Shown here: piece by piece, positions 40,501 through 51,300 of the stretch | Layout: each line of letters starts with the position of its first letter | How positions within the stretch are numbered: position 1 is the stretch's first letter | Source of the DNA: Eledone cirrhosa | Taxonomy: Eukaryota | Assembly: GCA_964016885.1 (NCBI GenBank) | Contig: OZ024741.1 | Coordinates: 25,420,001 to 25,484,000, forward strand | Length of the DNA: 64,000 nucleotides | Direction of reading: 5' to 3' | The notes under the pieces: generated by a model | The model's database searches: none | What the model was told of the DNA's origin: nothing | The model's input: only the letters and a program-made list of their open reading frames with translations | Made by a program: the position numbers and the translations under genes

Positions 40501-40746
40501 CTCGTTAGCGCGACCCTTTAGGGTGCCTACATTTATGGTACCAACTCTGAAGTTTTGGATTGCGTTTGGGGGTTGGGGGCGGTGAGGGGCGGGGGGCGAT
40601 GGTGTTATGTTAGCCGTCCGTGGTCGAAACAATGAGGAGTGCTCGCATTCTCGTCCAAGGGGTGAATTTGTCTTTATCTTTGGCATTGTCGCTGAGCGTC
40701 CAGATTTTTCTCTCTCACCTCCACTCTCCAGGATTCCGCAGTCCAT
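37516..40746 (-). CDS. RTE LINE ORF: APE endonuclease, reverse transcriptase with an embedded C4HC3 PHD-like finger, and C-terminal RTE-type domain (1076 aa from the first ATG at 40746; 1056 aa from the ATG at 40686)
   Basis: APE motifs GTINVGTL, CIQETRW, SAYAPQ, AGDLNGH, SQVDY, SQHR. RT motifs NYRGIKL, QFGF, FVDLEKAFDRV, GVHQGSVLSPLLF, YADD, FRYLG. RTE-typical C-terminus RLRWYGHVMR and GRPRKTW. The frame is open to 40878; the true start is uncertain. Confidence 0.95.
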   Translation of the reverse strand: MDCGILESGGEREKSGRSATMPKIKTNSPLGRECEHSSLFRPRTANITPSPPAPHRPQPPNAIQNFRVGTINVGTLKGRANEVVEMLERKEVDVCCIQETRWRGGSARFIEGKKRCYKLFWVGNDDGLGGVGIMVAEKWADKIIDVNRVNDRIIKIRLVLNRTTVTVISAYAPQSGLPGTIKDRFYETLMLTTSQISDSDYIIIAGDLNGHVGQHCDGYDEIHGGYGFGTRNEEGSRILEFCDANNLTICNTNFKKRDNHLITYRSGEHTSQVDYILTRRRDRVSVVNTKSLPHEECNSQHRLIISDLIVRTRRTRQQKRTILRRKIWKLKDPTARNKFQSILLDAFDSKEEHLESDNIEGEWEFLKANLLLATDEVCGWSRPVGRRRVTWWWNSKVEGSIKAKKQAWKVWRDGGSREDYQVARREARRQVYLARREAEERKFKHVLQRDDQKREVFRIARQCVKENRDIVGEKCVLNDDGTLAITDADKKVAWKCHYERLLNEENNWEKGSLPHIDPIEGPAVLVEGSIISKAIKDMKTGKAAGPSEIVAEMLKASGTVGHTMVTRIVNQVVQNGVVPKDWHSSIIVNCYKGKGDALDRSNYRGIKLIDQVMKVTERVIAQLIRERIDLDEMQFGFVSGKSTTDALFIVRQLQEKYLAKGKPLYLAFVDLEKAFDRVPRSIIWWALRKLGVDEWLVRAIQAMYKETVSKVRINNEYSEEFSVKVGVHQGSVLSPLLFIIALQAITEEFKTGCPWELLYADDLTLIAESMAELEKKFQTWKHGLESKGLKINLAKTKVLVCRKENKAAVPSGKWSCSVCRKGVGRNSILCPKCKVWVHKRCSGITGRLTKNIDFTCGRCSGAISSSKCPQTTSSFNCAEGSIEIVDSFRYLGDKISSGGGCSESTVARVRTGWKKFRELIPLLAAKGFSLKMKGRLYDACIRTAMLHGSETWALCAEDIRRLERNEACMLRWMCNSNIRERQSINELRNKLEIRGIRCCLLERRLRWYGHVMRMKVDSCITKCRAIKIDGSHGIGRPRKTWDELINSDITHLHLSKTMSLDRDLWRYSVTEKTRLT

Positions 40747-40810
40747 CCATCCATCATATATCGTATATCGAAAGGCAACCAGGCAAGCGATAGTATAGGC
40801 CTCTGGTTTC

Positions 40811-40874
40811 TGATTGGTCCGCGTAATAATACTGGTGATACGTGGGGGCTGTTTTATGATTGGTCCACGTAATA
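40811..40874. promoter_or_regulatory. Duplicated 18-bp motif TGATTGGTCCRCGTAATA (CCAAT box plus bZIP-like site; ERSE-II-like) upstream of the LINE ORF
   Basis: Copies at 40811-40828 and 40857-40874 differ by one base. 40859-40869 is ATTGG-T-CCACG. Function is not demonstrated. Confidence 0.5.
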
Positions 40875-40914
40875 GCAATGGTGGTGTGTGGGGGTGGGAG
40901 GGAGGGGTGTTGGG

Positions 40915-42383
40915 TAGCTAGCAAGAAGGTAATGATTTGATTTGAGATGGGTCTATGCATTTAACAAGCGATTAACAAAAATACAAAATTTGTTCAGTTA
41001 AATACGTCCAAAAACCTAAACGTATTTAGCACTTAATAGGAACAGAAAATGTGTAGTTTGTTTTAGCGATAGAATGGCTATTTGGACTTGAAATACGAAA
41101 TGAGAGAGAGAGAGGAGAGAGAGATGAAGTCTGTACCTTATGTTTACATGATTTTCTTTCGGACAGCAGGCAAAGAAATGAAATTTGGCGAAGTGAATTC
41201 CTATCATATATTTATAGGGAGAGAGAGAGAGAGAGAGAGAGTGCGAGGGTAGGGGGCCACATGATGGCTGTGGGTGTTAGGCGTTTGACCGCCCCGTGCC
41301 TTCGAAGAAGGAAGAAGGAAAGGATTTTGCTTTTTTGCTTTTTTTGGGGTTTGAAAATACGTTAGGAATTAAGGTTTGAAAATAGCTAGCTAGCAAGAAG
41401 GTAATGATTTGATTGAGATGGGTCTATGCATTTAACAAGCGATTAACAAAAATACAAAATTTGTTCAGTTAAATACGTCCAAAAACCTAAACGTATTTAG
41501 CACTTAATAGGAACAGAAAATGTGTAGTTTGTTTTAGCGATAGAATGGCTATTTGGACTTGAAATACGAAATGAGAGAGAGAGAGGAGAGAGAGATGAAG
41601 TCTGTACCTTATGTTTACATGATTTTCTTTCGGACAGCAGGCAAAGAAATGAAATTTGGCGAAGTGAATTCCTATCATATATTTATAGGGAGAGAGAGAG
41701 AGAGAGAGAGAGTGCGAGGGTAGGGGGCCACATGATGGCTGTGGGTGTTAGGCGTTTGACCGCCCCGTGCCTTCGAAGAAGGAAGAAGGAAAGGATTTTG
41801 CTTTTTTGCTTTTTTTGGGGTTTGAAAATACGTTAGGAATTAAGGTTTGAAAATAGCTAGCTAGCAAGAAGGTAATGATTTGATTGAGATGGGTCTATGC
41901 ATTTAACAAGCGATTAACAAAAATACAAAATTTGTTCAGTTAAATACGTCCAAAAACCTAAACGTATTTAGCACTTAATAGGAACAGAAAATGTGTAGTT
42001 TGTTTTAGCGATAGAATGGCTATTTGGACTTGAAATACGAAATGAGAGAGAGAGAGGAGAGAGAGATGAAGTCTGTACCTTATGTTTACATGATTTTCTT
42101 TCGGACAGCAGGCAAAGAAATGAAATTTGGCGAAGTGAATTCCTATCATATATTTATAGGGAGAGAGAGAGAGAGAGAGAGAGTGCGAGGGTAGGGGGCC
42201 ACATGATGGCTGTGGGTGTTAGGCGTTTGACCGCCCCGTGCCTTCGAAGAAGGAAGAAGGAAAGGATTTTGCTTTTTTGCTTTTTTTGGGGTTTGAAAAT
42301 ACGTTAGGAATTAAGGTTTGAAAATAGCTAGCTAGCAAGAAGGTAATGATTTGATTGAGATGGGTCTATGCATTTAACAAGCG
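40915..42383 (-). repeat. Tandem 471-bp monomers at the LINE 5' end: 3 full copies (40915-41386, 41387-41857, 41858-42328) plus a 55-bp partial copy
   Basis: Identical 63-aa ORFs recur at 41016, 41487 and 41958 (period 471). By eye the only difference is one extra T in the ORF-proximal copy. Confidence 0.97.
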
Positions 42384-45300
42384 TTTAACTTTTCATTACC
42401 ATATTTCTAATAAAAGACACTGTCTATGTTGTTTAACCCTTTCATTACCATATTTCTAATAAAAGACACTGTCTATGTTGTTTAACCCTTTCATTACCAT
42501 ATTTCTAATAAAAGACACTGTCTATGTTGTTTAACCCTTCCATTACCATATTTCTAATAAAAGACACTGTCTATGTTGTTTAACCCTTTCATTACCATAT
42601 TTCTAATAAAAGACAGTATGTTGTTTAACCCTTGCATTATCATATTTCTAATAAAAGACACTGTCTATGTTGTTTAACCCTTTCATTACAATATTTCTAA
42701 TAAAAGACGCTGTCTATGTTGTTTAACCCTTTCATTACCATATTTCTAATAAAAGACACTGTCTATGTTGTTTAACCCTTTCATTACCATATTTCTAATA
42801 AAAGACACTGTCTATGTTGTTTAACCCTTTCATTACCATATTTCTAATAAAAGACACTGTCTATGTTGTTTAACCCTTTCATTATCATATTTCTAATAAA
42901 AGACACTGTCTATGTTGTTTAACTTTTCATTACCATATTTCTAATAAAAGACACTGTCTATGTTGTTTAACCCTTTCATTACCATATTTCTAATAAAAGA
43001 CACTGTCTATGTTGTTTAACCCTTTCATTACCATATTTCTAATAAAAGACACTGTCTATGTTGTTTAACCCTTTCATTACCATATTTCTAATAAAAGACA
43101 CTGTCTATGATGTTTAACCATTTCATTATCATATTTCTAATAAAAGACACTGTCTATGTTGTTTAACCCTTTCATTACAATATTTCTAATAAAAGACGCT
43201 GTCTATGTTGTTTAACCCTTTCATTACCATATTTCTAATAAAAGACACTGTCTATGTTGTTTAACCCTTTCATTACCATATTTCTAATAAAAGACACTGT
43301 CTATGTTGTTTAACCCTTTCATTACCATATTTCTAATAAAAGACACTGTCTATGTTGTTTAACCCTTTCATTATCATATTTCTAATAAAAGACACTGTCT
43401 ATGTTGTTTAACTTTTCATTACCATATTTCTAATAAAAGACACTGTCTATGTTGTTTAACCCTTTCATTACCATATTTCTAATAAAAGACACTGTCTATG
43501 TTGTTTAACCCTTTCATTACCATATTTCTAATAAAAGACACTGTCTATGTTGTTTAACCCTTTCATTACCATATTTCTAATAAAAGATCCTGTCTATGTT
43601 GTTTAACCCTTTCATTACCATATTTCTAATAAAAGACACTGTCTATGTTGTTTAACCCTTTTATTACCATATTTCTAATAAAAGACAGTCTATGTTGTTT
43701 AACCCTTTCATTATCATATTTCTAATAAAAGACACTGTCTATATTGTTTAACTCTTTCATTACCATATTTCTAATAAAAGACACCGTCTATGTTGTTTAA
43801 CCCTTTCATTATCATATTTCTACTAAAAGACACTGTCTATGTTGTTTAACCCTTTCATTACCATATTCCTAATAAAAGACACTGTCTATGTTGTTTAACC
43901 CTTTCATTACCATATTTCTAATAAAAGACACTGTCTATGTTGTTTAACCCTTTCATTACCATATTTCTAATAAAAGACACTGTCTATGATGTTTAACCAT
44001 TTCATTATCATATTTCTAATAAAAGACACTGTCTATGTTGTTTAACCCTTTCATTACCATATTTCTAATAAAAGACACTGTCTATGTTGTTTAACCCTTT
44101 CATTATCATATTTCTAATAGAAGACACTGTCTATGTTGTTTAACCCTTTCATTATCATATTTCTAATAGAAGACACTATGTTGTTTAACCCTTTCATTAC
44201 CATATTTCTAATAAAAGACACTGTCTATGTTGTTTAACACTTTCATTACCATATTTCTAATAAAAGACACCGTCTATGTTGTTTAACCCTTTCATTATCA
44301 TATTTCTAATAAAAGACACTGTCTATGTTGTTTAACCCTTTCATTACCATATTCCTAATAAAAGACACTGTCTATGTTGTTTAACCCTTTCATTACCATA
44401 TTTCTAATAAAAGACACTGTCTATGTTGTTTAACCCTTTCATTACCATATTTCTAATAAAAGACACTGTCTATGATGTTTAACCATTTCATTATCATATT
44501 TCTAATAAAAGACACTGTCTATGTTGTTTAAACCTTTCATTACCATATTTCTAATAAAAGACACTGTCTATGTTGTTTAACCCTTTCATTACCATATTTC
44601 TAATAAAAGACACTGTCTATGTTGTTTAACCCTTTCATTACCATATTTCTAATAAAAGACACTGTCTATGTTGTTTACCCCTTTCATTATCATATTTCTA
44701 ATAAAAGACACTGTCTATGTTGTTTAACTTTTCATTACCATATTTCTAATAAAAGACACTGTCTATGTTGTTTAACCCTTTCATTACCATATTTCTAATA
44801 AAAGACACTGTCTATGTTGTTTAACCCTTTCATTACCATATTTCTAATAAAAGACACTGTCTATGTTGTTTAACCCTTTCATTACCATATTTCTAATAAA
44901 AGATCCTGTCTATGTTGTTTAACCCTTTCATTACCATATTTCTAATAAAAGACACTGTCTATGTTGTTTAACCCTTTTATTACCATATTTCTAATAAAAG
45001 ACAGTCTATGTTGTTTAACCCTTTCATTATCATATTTCTAATAAAAGACACTGTCTATATTGTTTAACTCTTTCATTACCATATTTCTAATAAAAGACAC
45101 CGTCTATGTTGTTTAACCCTTTCATTATCATATTTCTACTAAAAGACACTGTCTATGTTGTTTAACCCTTTCATTACCATATTCCTAATAAAAGACACTG
45201 TCTATGTTGTTTAACCCTTTCATTACCATATTTCTAATAAAAGACACTGTCTATGTTGTTTAACCCTTTCATTACCATATTTCTAATAAAAGACACTGTC

Positions 45301-48300
45301 TATGATGTTTAACCATTTCATTATCATATTTCTAATAAAAGACACTGTCTATGTTGTTTAACCCTTTCATTACCATATTTCTAATAAAAGACACTGTCTA
45401 TGTTGTTTAACCCTTTCATTATCATATTTCTAATAGAAGACACTGTCTATGTTGTTTAACCCTTTCATTATCATATTTCTAATAGAAGACACTATGTTGT
45501 TTAACCCTTTCATTACCATATTTCTAATAAAAGACACTGTCTATGTTGTTTAACACTTTCATTACCATATTTCTAATAAAAGACACCGTCTATGTTGTTT
45601 AACCCTTTCATTATCATATTTCTAATAAAAGACACTGTCTATGTTGTTTAACCCTTTCATTACCATATTCCTAATAAAAGACACTGTCTATGTTGTTTAA
45701 CCCTTTCATTACCATATTTCTAATAAAAGACACTGTCTATGTTGTTTAACCCTTTCATTACCATATTTCTAATAAAAGACACTGTCTATGATGTTTAACC
45801 ATTTCATTATCATATTTCTAATAAAAGACACTGTCTATGTTGTTTAAACCTTTCATTACCATATTTCTAATAAAAGACACTGTCTATGTTGTTTAACCCT
45901 TTCATTATCATATTTCTAATAGAAGACACTGTCTATGTTGTTTAACCCTTTCATTATCATATTTCTAATAGAAGACACTATGTTGTTTAACCCTTTCATT
46001 ATCATATTTCTAATAAAAGACACTGTCTATGTTGTTTAACCCTTTCATTACCATATTTCTAATAAAAGACACTGTCTATGTTGTTTAACCCTTTCATTAT
46101 CATATTTCTAATAAAAGACACTGTCTATGTTGTTTAACCCTTTCATTACCATATTTCTTATAAAAGACACTGTCTATGTTGTTTAACCCTTTCATTACCA
46201 AATTTCTAATAAAAGACACTGTCTATGTTGTTTAACCCTTTCATTACCATATTTCTAATAAAAGACACTGTCTATGTTGTTTAACCCTTTCATTATCATG
46301 TTTCTAATAAAAGACACTGCCTATGTTGTTTAACCCTTTCATTATCATATTTCTAATAGAAGACACTGTCTATGTTGTTTAACCCTTTCATTATCATATT
46401 TCTAATAGAAGACACTATGTTGTTTAACCCTTTCATTACCATATTTCTAATAAAAGACATTGTCTATGTTGTTTAACACTTTCATTACCATATTTCTAAT
46501 AAAAGACAATGTCTATGTTGTTTAACCCTTTCATTACCATATTTCTAATAAAAGACACTGTCTATGATGTTTAACCATTTCATTATCATATTTCTAATAA
46601 AAGACACTGTCTATGTTGTTTAACCCTTTCATTACCATATTTCTAATAAAAGACACTGTCTATGTTGTTTAACCCTTTCATTACCAAATTTCCAATAAAA
46701 GACACTGTCTATGTTGTTTAACCCTTTCATTACCATATTTCTAATAAAAGACACTGTCTATGTTGTTTAACCCTTTCATTACCATGTTTCTAATAAAAGA
46801 CACTGTCTATGTTGTTTAACCCTTTCATTACCATATTTCTAAGAAAAGACAGTCTATGTTGTTTAACCCTTTCATTATCATATTTCTAATAAAAGACACT
46901 GTCTATGTTGTTTAACCCTTTCATTATCATATTTCTAATAAAAGACACTGTCTATGTTGTTTAACCCTTTCATTACCATATTTCTAATAAAAGACACTGT
47001 CTATGTTGTTTAACCCTTTCATTACCATATTTCTAATAAAAGACACTGTCCATGTTGTTTAACCCTTTCATTACCATATTTCTAATAAAAGACACTGTCT
47101 ATGTTGTTTAACCCTTTCATTACCATATTTCTAATAAAAGACAGTATGTTGTTTAACCCTTTCATTATCATATTTCTAATAAAAGACACTGTCTATGTTG
47201 TTTAACCCTTTCATTACAATATTTCTAATAAAAGACGCTGTCTATGTTGTTTAACCCTTTCATTACCATATTTCTAATAAAAGACACTGTCTATGTTGTT
47301 TAACCCTTTCATTACCATATTTCTAATAAAAGACACTGTCTATATTGTTTAACCCTTTCATTACCATATTTCTAATAAAAGACACTGTCTATGTTGTTTA
47401 ACCCTTTCATTATCATATTTCTAATAAAAGACACTGTCCATGTTGTTTAACTTTTCATTACCATATTTCTAATAAAAGACACTGTCTATGTTGTTTAACC
47501 CTTTCATTACCATATTTCTAATAAAAGACACTGTCTATGTTGATTAACCCTTTCATTACCATATTTCTAATAAAAGACACTGTCTATGTTGTTTAACCCT
47601 TTCATTACCATATTTCTAATAAAAGACACTGTCTATGTTGTTTAACCCTTTCATTACCATATTTCTAATAAAAGACACTGTCTATGTTGTTTAACCCTTT
47701 CATTACCATATTTCTAATAGAAGACACTGTCTATGTTGTTTAACCCTTTCATTATCATATTTCTAATAAAAGACACTGTCTATGTTGTTTAACCCTTTCA
47801 TTACCATATTTCTAATAAAAGACACTGTCTATGTTGTTTAACCCTTTCATTACCATATTTCTAATAAAAGACACTGTCTATGTTGTTTAACCCTTTCATT
47901 ACCATATTTCTAATAAAAGACACTGTCTATGTTGTTTAACCCTTTCATTATCATATTTCTAATAAAAGACACTGTCTATGTTGTTTAACCCTTTCATTAC
48001 CATATTTCTAATAAAAGACACTGTCTATGTTGTTTAACCCTTTCATTACCATATTTCTAATAAAAGACACTGTCTATGTTGTTTAACCCTTTCATTACCA
48101 TATTTCTAATAAAAGACACTGTCTATGTTGTTTAACCCTTTCATTACCATATTTCTAATAAAAGACACTGTCTATGTTGTTTAACCCTTTCATTACCATA
48201 TTTCTAATAGAAGACACTGTCTATGTTGTTTAACCCTTTTATTATCATATTTCTAATAAAAGACACTGTCTATGTTGTTTAACCCTTTCATTACCATATT

Positions 48301-51300
48301 TCTAATAAAAGACACTGTCTATGTTGTTTAACCCTTTCATTACCATATTTCTAATAAAAGACACTGTCTATGTTGTTTAACCCTTTCATTACCATATTTC
48401 TAATAAAAGACACTGTCTGTTGTTTAACCCTTTCATTACCATATTTCTAATAAAAGACACTGTCTATGTTGTTTAACCCTTTCATTACCATATTTGTAAT
48501 AAAAGACAGTGTGTTGTTTAACCCTTTCATTATCATATTTCTAATAAAAGACACTGTCTATGTTGTTTAATCCTTTCATTACCATATTTCTAATAAAAGA
48601 CGCTGTCTATGTTGTTTAACCCTTTCATTACCATATTTCTAATAAAAGACACTGTCTATGTTGTTTAACCCTTTCATTACCATATTTGTAATAAAAGACA
48701 GTGTGTTGTTTAACCCTTTCATTATCATATTTCTAATAAAAGACACTGTCTATGTTGTTTAATCCTTTCATTACCATATTTCTAATAAAAGACGCTGTCT
48801 ATGTTGTTTAACCCTTTCATTACCATATTTCTAATAAAAGACACTGTCTATGTTGTTTAACCCTTTCATTACCATATTTCTAATAAAAGACACTGTCTAT
48901 GTTGTTTAACCCTTTCATTACCATATTTCTAATAAAAGACACTGTCTATCTTGTTTAACCCTTTCATTACCATATTTCTAATAGAAGACACTGTCTATGT
49001 TGTTTAACCCTTTCATTACCATATTTCTAATAAAAGACACTGTCTATGTTGTTTAACCCTTTCATTACCATATTTCTAATAAAAGACACTGTCTATGTTG
49101 TTTAACCCTTTCATTACCATATTTCTAATAAAAGACACTGTCTATGTTGTTTAACCCTTTCATTATCATATTTCTAATAAAAGACACTGTCTATGTTGTT
49201 TAACCCTTTCATTATCATATTTCTAATAAAAGACACTGTCTATGTTGTTTAACCCTTTCATTACCATATTTCTAATAAAAGACACTGTCTATGTTGTTTA
49301 ACCCTTTCATTACCATATTTCTAATAAAAGACACTGTCCATGTTGTTTAACCCTTTCATTACCATATTTCTAATAAAAGACACTGTCTATGTTGTTTAAC
49401 CCTTTCATTACCATATTTCTAATAAAAGACAGTATGTTGTTTAACCCTTTCATTATCATATTTCTAATAAAAGACACTGTCTATGTTGTTTAACCCTTTC
49501 ATTACAATATTTCTAATAAAAGACGCTGTCTATGTTGTTTAACCCTTTCATTACCATATTTCTAATAAAAGACACTGTCTATGTTGTTTAACCCTTTCAT
49601 TACCATATTTCTAATAAAAGACACTGTCTATATTGTTTAACCCTTTCATTACCATATTTCTAATAAAAGACACTGTCTATGTTGTTTAACCCTTTCATTA
49701 TCATATTTCTAATAAAAGACACTGTCCATGTTGTTTAACTTTTCATTACCATATTTCTAATAAAAGACACTGTCTATGTTGTTTAACCCTTTCATTACCA
49801 TATTTCTAATAAAAGACACTGTCTATGTTGATTAACCCTTTCATTACCATATTTCTAATAAAAGACACTGTCTATGTTGTTTAACCCTTTCATTACCATA
49901 TTTCTAATAAAAGACACTGTCTATGTTGTTTAACCCTTTCATTACCATATTTCTAATAAAAGACACTGTCTATGTTGTTTAACCCTTTCATTACCATATT
50001 TCTAATAGAAGACACTGTCTATGTTGTTTAACCCTTTCATTATCATATTTCTAATAAAAGACACTGTCTATGTTGTTTAACCCTTTCATTACCATATTTC
50101 TAATAAAAGACACTGTCTATGTTGTTTAACCCTTTCATTACCATATTTCTAATAAAAGACACTGTCTATGTTGTTTAACCCTTTCATTACCATATTTCTA
50201 ATAAAAGACACTGTCTATGTTGTTTAACCCTTTCATTATCATATTTCTAATAAAAGACACTGTCTATGTTGTTTAACCCTTTCATTACCATATTTCTAAT
50301 AAAAGACACTGTCTATGTTGTTTAACCCTTTCATTACCATATTTCTAATAAAAGACACTGTCTATGTTGTTTAACCCTTTCATTACCATATTTCTAATAA
50401 AAGACACTGTCTATGTTGTTTAACCCTTTCATTACCATATTTCTAATAAAAGACACTGTCTATGTTGTTTAACCCTTTCATTACCATATTTCTAATAGAA
50501 GACACTGTCTATGTTGTTTAACCCTTTTATTATCATATTTCTAATAAAAGACACTGTCTATGTTGTTTAACCCTTTCATTACCATATTTCTAATAAAAGA
50601 CACTGTCTATGTTGTTTAACCCTTTCATTACCATATTTCTAATAAAAGACACTGTCTATGTTGTTTAACCCTTTCATTACCATATTTCTAATAAAAGACA
50701 CTGTCTGTTGTTTAACCCTTTCATTACCATATTTCTAATAAAAGACACTGTCTATGTTGTTTAACCCTTTCATTACCATATTTGTAATAAAAGACAGTGT
50801 GTTGTTTAACCCTTTCATTATCATATTTCTAATAAAAGACACTGTCTATGTTGTTTAATCCTTTCATTACCATATTTCTAATAAAAGACGCTGTCTATGT
50901 TGTTTAACCCTTTCATTACCATATTTCTAATAAAAGACACTGTCTATGTTGTTTAACCCTTTCATTACCATATTTGTAATAAAAGACAGTGTGTTGTTTA
51001 ACCCTTTCATTATCATATTTCTAATAAAAGACACTGTCTATGTTGTTTAATCCTTTCATTACCATATTTCTAATAAAAGACGCTGTCTATGTTGTTTAAC
51101 CCTTTCATTACCATATTTCTAATAAAAGACACTGTCTATGTTGTTTAACCCTTTCATTACCATATTTCTAATAAAAGACACTGTCTATGTTGTTTAACCC
51201 TTTCATTACCATATTTCTAATAAAAGACACTGTCTATCTTGTTTAACCCTTTCATTACCATATTTCTAATAGAAGACACTGTCTATGTTGTTTAACCCTT

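Larger units (their letters stand above)
37125..42383 (-). mobile_element. Apparently full-length, intact RTE-clade non-LTR retrotransposon (about 5.26 kb) inserted in satellite 3
   Basis: Single uninterrupted APE-RT ORF, about 370-bp 3' UTR ending in (GAT)8, and a long 5' region with tandem monomers. Satellite 3 lies on both sides. Confidence 0.95.

Noticed and set aside
37706-40798. Multiple plus-strand ORFs within the intact LINE, and minus-strand ORFs within 20795-22760
   Set aside because: They are antisense shadows of the APE-RT reading frame with no recognisable domains.
41240-41320. HDV-like ribozyme in the GC-rich part of the 5' monomer (known from some RTE 5' UTRs)
   Set aside because: A small hairpin followed by CTAA is present on the element strand, but I could not build P1/P2/P3 of the nested double pseudoknot by eye. 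A covariance-model search would be needed.
41016-42149. Three identical 63-aa ORFs in the 471-bp monomers as a possible ORF1
   Set aside because: Short, partly encoded by a (TC)n tract, with no recognisable motif. They could at most be uORFs; there is no evidence of coding function.
37144-42389. AGCGTTTAAC present at both LINE ends (37144-37153 and 42380-42389) as a possible TSD
   Set aside because: The left copy lies inside the tail and is part of the conserved element 3' end. The right copy is a chimera of monomer (AGCG) and satellite (GTTTAAC). It is not a target duplication.
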